From: Tubulanus polymorphus
Taxonomy: Eukaryota; Animalia; Nemertea
Length of the DNA: 64,000 bases
Assembly: GCF_964204645.1 (NCBI RefSeq)
Contig: NC_134025.1
Span: 9,114,001-9,178,000, forward strand
Direction: 5' to 3'
Part shown: piece after piece, positions 52,735-64,000 of the stretch
Position numbering within the stretch: the stretch's first letter is position 1
Layout of the letters: each line of letters begins with the position of its first letter
Notes under the pieces: model-generated
What the model was told of the DNA's origin: nothing
The model's database searches: none
What the model saw: only the letters and a program-made list of their open reading frames with translations
Program-made: the position numbers and the translations under genes

Positions 52735-55700
52735 TTTGAAATATATATTCTTTGTGACTTTATTTCGATTTTCAACAAGTCTATATATGTATATATACAT
52801 ACACGCACATTTAAGAATGATTTCTATATAGCTGGCGGGCTCGATGCTGGAATGGCTCTAATAACCGTCGTATGAATCCTCGTCTATGGCCACAGGCATC
52901 GAAATCTCTGTCGTGTTATCACGGCAGTAGCTACCTGTGGATTGGCCCCTGGGAAATATGAGACTTTTTTTTGTTCTCGATTCGTTTTAGGGATCATCAG
53001 CCGCCCGAGCTGAAACTTGCAAAACGATGAAAACATTGCTAATGGATCGGATTTCAAACCTACTCCGTAATGAATGTTAATCGTTGATAGCGTGGAATTT
53101 TATCGAATAGATTCATAACTTTAAAAGTGGATGCACATGTATATGTATGAATACATGCAGGCTGGCAGCCATGCGTTATGAATGAATGTTCGTTTGGCGT
53201 TTTTGAAATAGAAGACATTTCTAATGTGAACATGTAGAAGTTGAACATCGTGATCACTGAGATATGTGAATTGTCTCTAGGTGGTCCGAAGTTTGATAAT
53301 GTTCAGTGAAAAATTTGTCTTGCAATGAGTCAGATGGTATCGACATAATAGGCTATTTGAAATATTCATTGTTTTGTCCCTTAGAGCACCTCTCCTGCCA
53401 AGAGAGGAACCGGGCTAGGGAATTGAAATTCTGAATTGAGAGAGTGCAGGATAGAAAATATCGACTACCCCTGAAAAAATTGTTTTCATATTGAAGTGAG
53501 TAAATGGGTGCAGTCGTTTTTCAGGGCACTGATGATATCGGTCTAAAGAAGCGTTTTATCTAGTACTGGAAACCCTGTTTATAAACCAAGGAACTACAAA
53601 GTTTTCAATCCATCAGCGTTCATTGAGGGCCATGTAATTTTATTCAACTTACAAAATAGCCATTGCTCCGGTTCACACGTAGCTCATCAAGAGACATAGG
53701 TAGAAACCACCGAGTTTTATGTCATCTTGTTAGGCCTACTGCTATTGATAAGACCGATTGATTGATTTTATGCTACACTTCTTTCAATTAGAATAGTGAA
53801 ACTGCATTAGTTCGGGCAATTCTAGGAATATCATGCATAGCGCTTTATGCATTCCCTGATTTTCATATAACAAAGTTCGAATACCCCGTAAAATCCTTGG
53901 CTGTGGGATCTCAGGAATTTAGATGATTTTTTTTTGCCTGCTGAGACTGGGTCCGGCATTGGGAACTTCTAAAGATACACCGTGTTTTCATTTCGAAGCA
54001 AATAATTGAAATTGGGTTCCGGACATTGATGATAGTGGGCTAGAAAAGCATTTTATTTTAACGAATACGGGAAGGGGAAAGTTGAACAGATTTGGACCCA
54101 AGTTGAGCAGTGTTGTTAGTGTATTCAGCGAACAATTGCCAGATTGTATTTTTTTCTGGTGACTGATGGCAATTAGTTTGTCAGATGAATGGCGTCGAGG
54201 ATCGGCTCGTCGTCACCATCGGTAATTTTTTTATTTCAGCAGATGAAATTCTCGGTTTTCGTTTACGTCGTGTTGATTTCATTCAGGGTTTTTTTTTCAT
54301 CAAATTGAATATCCGACGCTAATGGTAAAGGTGGGATGTTAATTATTGTCGGTGTTGGGTGTTTTTTTTTCTATGTGTTCGTGGTAGAAGTGGCTTCTCA
54401 CGAAGTCGTGATGTAGTCAAATACGATACTTTTACTAACTAAAAACGAAACGGCGCTTTCCCGACAGACAGGTATGGTGTAAATCAGAATAAAGTTATTT
54501 ACGATTTTTTGTTATTCAGTACTGTAGGTTAAAAAGTTAAGACAAACAGTTGGCTCCTCGTTGTTCACAGGATTGGATAGTTCCATATGCACCGGCACGT
54601 CCACTCCGATCCAGTGCTGGCCGTGTTTTGTCCTCCACATCCCTACAGTCTCAAAACGTTTGACGGACGTTGCTTCCAATCATTTGATTCATCTCTGTGG
54701 AACTCTTTGTACTCAGAGATTCGGAAAGTTTGATGCAATCGCAATCTGAAAGGCAATCTGAAATATCTGCGATCCTGTAAAGCGTATGGACTGTGGGTGA
54801 CCTTAAAATGCTGGTGAGCATTTTCTAAATGAAACAGGCGCTATGCACGTGTACAGACTATTTTTATTATAAAAGAAAAATAAGTTTTGTCTCAATATTG
54901 AAATCAAGGAGGACACACCCAACTGTTAGAAACGGTACATCATGAAATTGCCTGAGGGTATTAGATGGAACTGTTGAGATTCTATCTTCATAGATCCATA
55001 CTACTACGAGATAGTAACTGACTGCAACTGACTGCGGAGGTTGTGAGAAAAATCAGTTTGTTTTCTAAACTTTCACGTTCAGTATGAGAGAAAATTCAGC
55101 CAATTATCAGATATTCATTTTCCATAACAGTTCACAGCCCAGGCCCATCTTCTGACTATGGCATTGGATTTACCTTCCTTATATTCAAATGAGCACAATT
55201 TCAGTCTGCCATCATCTCAAATAGAGCTGTTATGAGGGCTTGGTTGCAAGATTAAGCTTAAGTTTTCAATGAACATATACATTCGAACTAATAACAACTT
55301 TTAAACGAAAGTATTTAGGTATAGGTATAGTCGATAACTCTTTCATCGGGCTTTGTTATATCAGGTATTTCTTTATTATTCATGTTAAAGTGACTAAACA
55401 TATAGGTGTTTATCCTTAAAATGCTTGTATATCATTATAGGAAGTATTTATGTGAGTAGAAGGGGGTATTTATATCGTATTGAGCTATTATAAGACAGTA
55501 CGAAGATTCTTCACTCGGTCTGGCGTGTAATTGCGGGGTTTGAAGCCACGTGGTGAGTGGTGCTGGTGATGGTGGTGGTGGTGGTGGTATCATAGAGAGT
55601 GGTACATACCTTACCAACTACCAGATGTATCATAGTACTATATACTGATTAATAATCGTAGGAATTATATTTCTATATTGATATGATTTTGGAATATGAG

Positions 55701-58700
55701 GCTGCGATGAAATTTCTACCATTATTATCGGGTCTGGCGGAAGCTATTTGACATTGGTCCAGCTCATTATTCGACAATCATATCCAGAAAAGTCACACCT
55801 TTTTTTCTATGGTTGTGTTTTGAAGGTTCTGGGGCTATAATTTGATACCATTGTTTTGCGGTATCATAATTCACGTCGATCGAGTCACTTTTTTCATGAA
55901 TGTTACGGATTATAATGTTTCTTGAAGCACTCGATCACAAATACTTTAAGAATGATATCTTTGGCCTTTGGAAAATCTTCGGAAAAAATCTTATCGGTTG
56001 TTTCCGTTGTAAAGAGAATTTTGAAATTTTTACGACTGAAAATGTTCTTAAGATAATATTGATATTCTTGATCTTTGCGTGTATCTGTAATCGGATTGAT
56101 TTCGAGGGCTGTTCTTTATCATAGTCGGTGAATGATTCTCAAAGTCGGATTATGTTGTCGAGTAATAACTATAAACTAGTAACCTATGGCAATAACTGTT
56201 TCGCGACAACAACGTTTAGCGATCATCGTCGTCATCAACTTGGAAAAACAGTTTTCCATTTCACCGTGAAATTCGAGCAGCAGTAATAATTCACTTTCTG
56301 AAAAATGATGTACATCAGTTGCATGTTTTGATAGCGGTTACTATGGTTACTGAACCGTTCCAGCTTACCGTGTTACTATATTTGGTACTTTGTTTTCACT
56401 TCATACGGCAACATGTGTACGATTCTAAATTTATTTCATATGAAAATATAATGTGTGTAATTTCTCCTTGAGTAGTCGTACGTACTACCATATATATCTA
56501 TTTGTGATATTCGCTAAGTAATTATATAAATGGCTTGTTACGAAAATAACGGGAATTTTTTCGCTGCAAGCGCAAACACTTTTTTTCGACGATGCTGAAT
56601 TAAACTGGAGGGATCGGTTTCGAAACGCGTGTGTAGAAATAGATTCAAAGACAAACGCAAGGAAGGGTGATTGGATAACTTCTCAATGCCTCGTTGATTA
56701 ATCAGTTTTCGCCCGGTACGGTTTTGGTTAGGCGTGATAATGACGGGAAAATTCCTGCGAACATCTTTTCCGCTAAAAGTAATTGTGACCATTTCAAGAT
56801 ATTTATTGAAAATGCGGGGTATTATGTTTTCGAGATCCGAAATTATTGTCTTTAATCCAGTTTTGTCGTCCTTGTTATCGTTGATTCTAAGCCGATCTCA
56901 TGTCTATAGTTGTGTCTATAGTCGGTGAAATCATCGAGCGTTGTATATGCACGCGGGGATGAGCGTTCTTACCGAGAGAGAACCGGTCGATTGTCAAACA
57001 GTGGTAAATTCAATACGCGCGCTGTGTATATTAAAACGCTTCAATCGACGATCATCAGATTGAGAGGGACATCGTATTAAAACGAATCGCCCTTCACGTG
57101 CTCACACGTGTCTGCCGGTGCACCTGGTTATCGTGCACAGCTGGTTATTCATTTACCGTGTATGGAATGTACACTCCTAAACAAAGTCGATAAAAATCAA
57201 CCCCATACCAATAAAGCCCCATAGCCCTTCTATAGTCAGAATTTGAGTCAATAAGAGACATAAATTTTGCCAATTGTTATTATTGCGCTCAAATCTTGGC
57301 ATATTTTTACCTTCGTTAAACAATTGTAGAAAAATTTACCTCTGTTAGTTGTTTCTAATCTAACTAAATACTTCCTCTCTTTGTTTTGTAGAATACATAC
57401 GAAATTTGTGCAACGAGTCGAAAGAGAAAGCCGTACACTTGTTGATATCGCATTTACCGTTACTGGAACCGCGAAACAAAGACGCTAAATCTGAATATCT
57501 ACTTATTTTGCCGAAAATTCTTGCGCACTCGATCGAACACGGTATACACATCGAAGAAAGTCGGCAACTGCTTTCGTACGCGTTGATACATCCGGCTATA
57601 ACCGGCGACGAACGCGCCCAGTTTACGTTGTGGCTCAGTCGTTTGGAGGAAAGTTTCACATTCAGTATTCACCAGGCAAAATTCTCGCAGAACAATGTCC
57701 AAGAGATATCGCAGTGTGTGCAATTCATGGACGGTGACCAGTCCTACGCGCTCAGCGCAAACGGCTGGGGTGACCAGTCCGGTTCGCACGATTCCGGTAT
57801 AGCGGTGAGCGGCTCGGAATCGGGGAGTATGGTATCGTTGAATAACTTTAGTTTGAAATTACCGAATAATGGTGCTAGTAGTCAAAATGGTAGTGGCAGA
57901 CATCGGACATTACATTCCACGCTCTCGGCACCACCCGGATTATGCTCTACATCCAGTACGTATCTGTGTTTGTAATCGTGTCGTAGTTGAATTTCTGAGC
58001 CCTCGACATGGGGTCATCTTTAGAGGGGTCGATTTTTATGTGTGCACTTGTACAAGCGTTTACGTTTTACGACCCTTCGATACCTTAAAAACTTCTTAAT
58101 GGAAAATGCTTTTAGAGGGTCTTTAAAACTCCTTCAATTTGGAGAAACAGGCAATTAGAATTTTTAAACGTTTTACAGGAAATAGACTATGCCTAATTCT
58201 GTACAGTTAGTACCAGGATTTGTTGCCCAATTAGGCAGTTACCGAATTAGAAAGGATAGCATTTGCTTAGAACACCTACAAAACCACCTAATTAAATTCA
58301 GATGCTCGCTGAAAATTTGAAAATCACTTGAAGACTCCTTTAGCTCCTTTAGCTGAAGAATGACAGATCCGTAGGGACTCTTGTCTAATCAATCATAATT
58401 GAAGAATTCTTGAAAATAGGACTTGTTTCGATTAAAACCATGTTTTTCCATCCTCTTCAGATCATAGTGCGGAGAATCAGGGCAATCTCAGTGGTCATAT
58501 GGCGTTAAGACAAACCGTCAGTAATCCAGTTCCATTAGGCAGTAACAGTAACCAGTGGTTGAACACGCCAGATGCAACCAGCCGTCCTCGTTCAGCGTCT
58601 CATGATTTCACTTCATCACTGTCTCCGCAAAGTACGTCGTCCTCGAGCAGCGACCTGCAGGATGAAAACCAACCGCAGAAGAAAATCACTTTCCTCGACG

Positions 58701-61700
58701 AAGGAAGTGGTATGCGAGGTCAGTACTACTTTCATGTTTATGGTCACGTGCTTAGCTCTTTGTTACATGTATCATAATAACATGCTCATGTATGCATAAT
58801 GACATTTAAATGGTTCTTGTGACATGTGCGTCAACCCTGTTCATATTGATTGGACTATGGACTAGATATAGGTTTATTTCCTCCAATTTGTTGCTCTGAT
58901 TTACTAACCAAGTTTGATAATTTTGATGTATAATTAGTACAGATGATATGTATATATTTAATGCGTAAGGGTGATTTTGTAATATACTTGTCCTACTTTT
59001 CATCTGTATGTTTCATATCTCGTGCGTACTTGAAAAGGATATATAATTTTTTCTGGTTGTCCTCTCGCATAGCTAGTCCTAGATTTAAAAACAGTTTCAT
59101 AATTATATTCGCCAACAATGTAGCATTAATGCCAACAACATGAACTCAATGCTCATTGAGCATGTCTCTGATGCTTGGAACATGATATATATGGCCAAAT
59201 GAAGCCTGAATAAAGACTAAATATGCAAGTAAGGCCTGATGCCTATGTTTAGGGGTCGATTACATAATTGTCATAATTGGACAGTTGAAAAGGTCTATTT
59301 AGTAATGTATATTGTAATTGTTTTGATTCGTTTTGGATTTGTGTCAGCTCCAGTCAGTACAGTTATTACTACACGCAGTATTGAACATTTATATAGACTT
59401 ATTGTGTATTATTGACATTTCCTTTGCCTCGTGCTATTTTATTTCCTGTTATTATGAGAATATCAATCATTGCAGTGTTTACAGTAGCTTCGCCAAATTA
59501 TACAGATATAAGACCTATATTTTTGTATATATATATCTTTCAAAATTCGTAGACTTCAGCAAAAAAAACATCCATTACATTTACTATATTTGGTGAAATT
59601 GGCAGTTCACTATGTTGTTTGTTTTTTTTCCGTCAATGTTTACCTATCGCTGGGCATAATGAGTTGCCATGGATTCGTGCAAATAAACACAAACATCAGC
59701 AACACATGCACTCACATATAGAAATCAATTCAATACATCGAGATGTTGTGTAAACAAAGCAATCCATGGAAACTGCGTTGTTGAATTTCCCAAATATGCT
59801 ATAAACAGTCTATTTCAGTACCACAGGGCATAATAGATTATTGTTTAGCTGTTGTGATGTTGTTGCTGTTGAACATATTGCTAGGTGTTTAATGGCGTTT
59901 AGAATATATTTTGCCAATTCCCAGTTTGGAACCGATGTCCTCGTTATGGTGGCATTACTGTTTTCACAGTGTTTTTGCCTGTATCACTGGCATTCGGCCA
60001 GTTTTATGAGAAACATGTAATCAAATTTATTCAGTACCCATCTTCCATGTTGTAATTTCATTAGCTGTTTCTGCCGTTGTCAGCGCGATCAATAATAGTA
60101 TTAATGCTCAGTCCCTTGTTGATCGTTTTCTGGTGAAACATGAAAATGAAATCGTCGGTTTGGGGATATGACATATAGGGCTACATTGAAGAAGTAATAT
60201 TTCTGATGATGCTGATGATGGATTGAATATATATATGTATATACTTGTACTTTTAAGAACCGGAATAATGCCAACGTGGCTGATAATCAATTGGCGACTA
60301 TATTCCTCTGATAAAAATTTATAACAGGTCTGTTATGTGCCTAATTGCTTAGTGTTGAAATAGTTAATTCACTGATAGCTTGAACTGACCCATTGAATAT
60401 TGATGAATTATCATGAAGCCCACTGCTCATATGACCAGTGTACATTAAGCTTTGTGATTTAGCTTGTATTATCTTGTGTATTTCTGGGAATTAAATCAAC
60501 AATGGTCCTCGGGTACATTCACTCTTGAAGTCTGGGGAAACACGATGGCCATAGGGCTCAGAAAAATGTTTATGAAAGGAATTTGATCAAACTTGGTAGT
60601 TATGTTCTATCTCTTTACTGCTTTGCAGATGTACCTGGCTGGTTGAAAGGACTTCGACTTCACAAATATTCGTATCTATTCCAACATTTGACGTATGAAG
60701 AGATGCTCGGGATAACCGAAGAATGGCTTGAACTACAGGTAAAAAACCATTTGATGGCAGTAAAAATGTCTAAACATGTTGCAATATCACCAAATCCAGT
60801 CTTAACTTTTTCTTTTTTGAATTCAGAACGTAACAAAAGGTGCTCGAAACAAAATCATCATAAGTGTCAAGAAGTTGAGGGAACGTCACGAGATGCTAGA
60901 AACTCTAGAGAAGGTAAGTTCAAATGATGGTTCTTCGCGTATAAATGATGAAGCAAAGCGCATAATCTGACTTGCACGCTACAATCGTGAAATTAAGTTT
61001 GATGTCGGGTATTTTTTCAGGATATCGTCGACGGAGGTAACCTGAAACCAGCTCTCACTGAAATTAAGTCTTTGTTAATGACTCCTTTGAAGATGTATTC
61101 ACAACCAAAAACTGAAGACGACTCGACGCCTACGAGTTCAACTACAACGACCGATTCTGATTCAATTCCCGAAGCGGACTTACCCGGACAGTTTACTCGA
61201 GTTCTCGGAAAAGGTATTAAAGATACGGTCATGACTCTATTGTTTATTAGCTTGCCATTGATGAAATCAACTGTCTACTCTCTATTGTCATGACCTGGTT
61301 TGCTCTCTTAACCTGGTCGTTAATGCGTGTACCTTTCAATTGCATCAACCCCAGGTTAAAGTTCATAGAACCAGCCCTTTAAGTTTTAATGTGGTCCTAA
61401 AAACTTTATATTTCTCGTTTCAGTCTGTACTCAGCTTCTGGTTGCCAGACAGTTGGATGATGACAGTTGTAGTTTGTATCTACAGTGTTTGGACAGGTGT
61501 ATCAATCATGAGGTAAATTTGCTTTTCTAAATCACACGTTGAGAGGCGTGGTTTCTAGATGGCAAAAACCCCTATGATTATAATGTTCTGAATTATTTTT
61601 CAGGCATTTACTCAAAAGCAGAAAAAGCTGATGTTCACTTGGATCCAACAGATACAACAAATCTGGCATCCTTCTCAGAAATTCATGATTGAACGTCACA

Positions 61701-62619
61701 GGAAAAAGTAAGTTTTTCCACCCTACTATCGAGAAAGTTTTTCGTATTTAGCAATTTTGATAATATGAATTTGTATTTCAGTTGGGGCTCAACATTTCCG
61801 ATTGGACTAAGCGTTCGTGGTTCGCGTGGGCCTGTCAAGTACCAAAGTTGTAAACCAGGTGGCACTCCACAGTGTCAGTGGACTTTCAAGCGGGCGAGTC
61901 CGGCGAATGTTCTCACGGCCATTGCTCCACAGCCATTACAGAAAAACAATTCTCTGAATACTTACGTCACAAGATCTATCACTGAGGTATCTATTATCAT
62001 AACTTTCATAAAAGTGCAGTAACCAAATAGCCAATATGCAGCCTCGCCTATAGCAAAAGTTTCACTTGTTTCTGTTACTGCTTCAGTGCTGTCAGCAATC
62101 TACAGTTGAAAGTTGTTTATCTTTCAGTTTTCTGTTTTTGAACTTTCTTTGTATATCTCTAATAATCTATTCATTGTTTGATTTTCAGACTAAACGTCAG
62201 TTGGAACGAACTCAATCAGCGCCCAGTACTTGGGGTAATACTGCAAATTTGTCCTTGCCACTCAAATCAGGTAGGAAACTAATACTTGTAATAAAACTCC
62301 TGTGCTTTGTGCGTCGAACTTGGGTCTTGTATGAATGCATATTTTGGTTGGAATCGATGTTAAACGATATCCTAATTTTATAATTCAGGGGAATTCTCAG
62401 CTACAGAAGAGATTAATGCTCGTCTTGACTCTCTCTGTCTCAGTATGACCGAACATGCTTTGGGAGGATTAGGTGAGTTGATTTGATATAGTTCTAAAGG
62501 ATCTTGGATCTTCCATTGCTATTAATAGCATTTCTTTCCGCTGCATTGTTGTCTGGAGAACTAAAATTGTTACTATTTTTCTATTTTTAGATGGCATGGA
62601 CCGTGGGTCAACTTTCTAA
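51600..62619 (+). CDS. SAMD4: Protein Smaug homolog (SAMD4A/B ortholog), ~689 aa, 12 coding exons
   Basis: Exons 51600-51864, 57392-57955, 58461-58718, 60629-60738, 60827-60913, 61021-61213, 61424-61512, 61604-61707, 61782-61986, 62189-62270, 62389-62472, 62591-62619. SSR1 [23 protein letters not shown]2 [47 protein letters not shown]...[32 protein letters not shown], end [24 protein letters not shown] 51657 is an alternative start. Confidence 0.96.
52677..52731. repeat. (TA)n microsatellite
   Basis: Pure AT dinucleotide run in a SAMD4 intron. Confidence 0.95.
58052..58382. mobile_element. hAT-like non-autonomous element, same family as 5493-5893
   Basis: Colinear similarity over ~330 bp to the MAP3K13 intron copy; ends in gatccgtagggactct. 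Confidence 0.7.
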
Positions 62620-63408
62620 GTAAAACAAGTCAAAAATAAGATTCAACAGATGCTGCCATTGAAAATAGGCTTTTTTTTTCGGTTTTACTAGAAGTTTTTG
62701 TTGCTCAGAAAGAGATTCATACTGATACTGATATTACCGGTACATTGAAATGATGGCTGTATTGAAAGAAGGGAATGGTGTGGAGTGCGGATAAAATGAA
62801 CCCATGTGGAAGATGAGGATATTTGGTTTTTGGAAACAAATTGTAGTAGATATATTCTACTATTTTCTGATGTATAACATTACTATTCTGTTAACGAATA
62901 TCACCTAATATGTAAACGGCATTTAATTGTTGTGGGAATTGTTTGTAATTTGTGTATTTTTGAGAGTGTGATGAGATATCTGATGATGTGGTTATAGCTG
63001 TGCGGCACTTGCCTTCTCCAGTCAAACTGCTCTTCATGTTTCGAAGAAATACTGAATTCAAGTGCCTTAATGGATAAGCTCTCTAACCATTTACGTATTA
63101 GACAACGCATCGTATATAATACTCAAGAAAAAACGTGATTCCAATCAATATTTTCATAATTTCCGTTATTATCTGAAATTTTGAAAACGTGCGGATGACA
63201 AACATCCTGAAAAAATACTTTGTGGAAACTTCAACTTTGAATCGCTAGTTCAATCCAGTCTTCATAGAATTATGGTACACCTATTGGTTATTTTATAATA
63301 GTTCTCAAACTACAAATAACGACCAGAAAAGGTCATTACCGATCAAATGAACAAAGATTATAGCCAGTATTACTATTATATATATATATATATATATATA
63401 TTTATGTA

Positions 63409-63548
63409 CAGTAACCCTCGCCTAACTTGGACATACTGGGATCGGGAAACTTGGTCCGAGGTAAGCAAAGTCCGAGTTAACAATCGGAAAATACGTTAGA
63501 AAGTCAGAAAATGATTTCATTTTTGTCCAAGTTCGGTGAGGTCCACTG
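63409..63548. mobile_element. Tc1/mariner(pogo)-like MITE in the probable SAMD4 3' UTR
   Basis: TA|cagtaaccctcgcctaacttggaca ... tgtccaagttcggtgaggtccactg|TA. Confidence 0.8.
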
Positions 63549-64000
63549 TATATTTATTACTCTATCCTCTTTATTGGTAGTGATTTCTATTGTACATGAG
63601 GCATGCGAAGTGTGCATGTTTTTCAATTATGTCTGGAAATTTAAGTTTAAACAAATCCAAAACGATTTCGATTTTTCGCCGAGTTTTTCGACACTAGGTG
63701 TTCACACCGAGGTTATAGCTATTACATAATATTCTTTTACGCCGGGCCAATGATGATGTTATTCTGCTGTTCTTGGTGCCATATATTTTCAGTCAAATTT
63801 CCTCGATGCATTTATATATTTAAAGACATTTACGCGGATATATTTAAAGACATTTCAATTCGGATACGTTGTGAAGGGATGCAGGTCAACCTTAACTTAG
63901 AAACGGTCGCATTGACTTGTACTTTGATGACAAAAGATCAAGAAGACTTCTTTTTCTGAATTCAGTTAGCTTACTCCATCGCATTAGCTTTGTCAGTCCA

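Overview
AT-rich (~35% GC) eukaryotic genomic DNA from a compact, intron-rich bilaterian invertebrate (lophotrochozoan-like; taxon inferred, not provable here). Nine spliced protein-coding genes were reconstructed by hand, all with GT-AG introns and consistent phases: MAP3K13/DLK-LZK (+), TMEM41A (-), SLC25A21 (+), a small GPI-type Ly6/uPAR three-finger protein (-), a secreted two-PAN/Apple-domain protein (+), SYVN1/HRD1 (+), FANCL (-), GCH1 (+) and SAMD4/Smaug (+). Introns, UTRs and the 41-48 kb intergenic region hold many short non-autonomous DNA transposons, foldback elements, LINE remnants and TA microsatellites. No CRISPR array, rRNA or tRNA was seen. The most notable observations: a head-to-head pair of unnamed Cys-rich secreted/surface genes inserted among housekeeping genes; two gene neighbours shared with human (MAP3K13-TMEM41A, GCH1-SAMD4); over-represented TAGGCCTA motifs that appear to be derived TA-to-TA.GGCC.TA micro-insertions (probable transposon footprints); CTCF-like motifs at four promoters; and a uORF whose stop overlaps the SYVN1 start codon.
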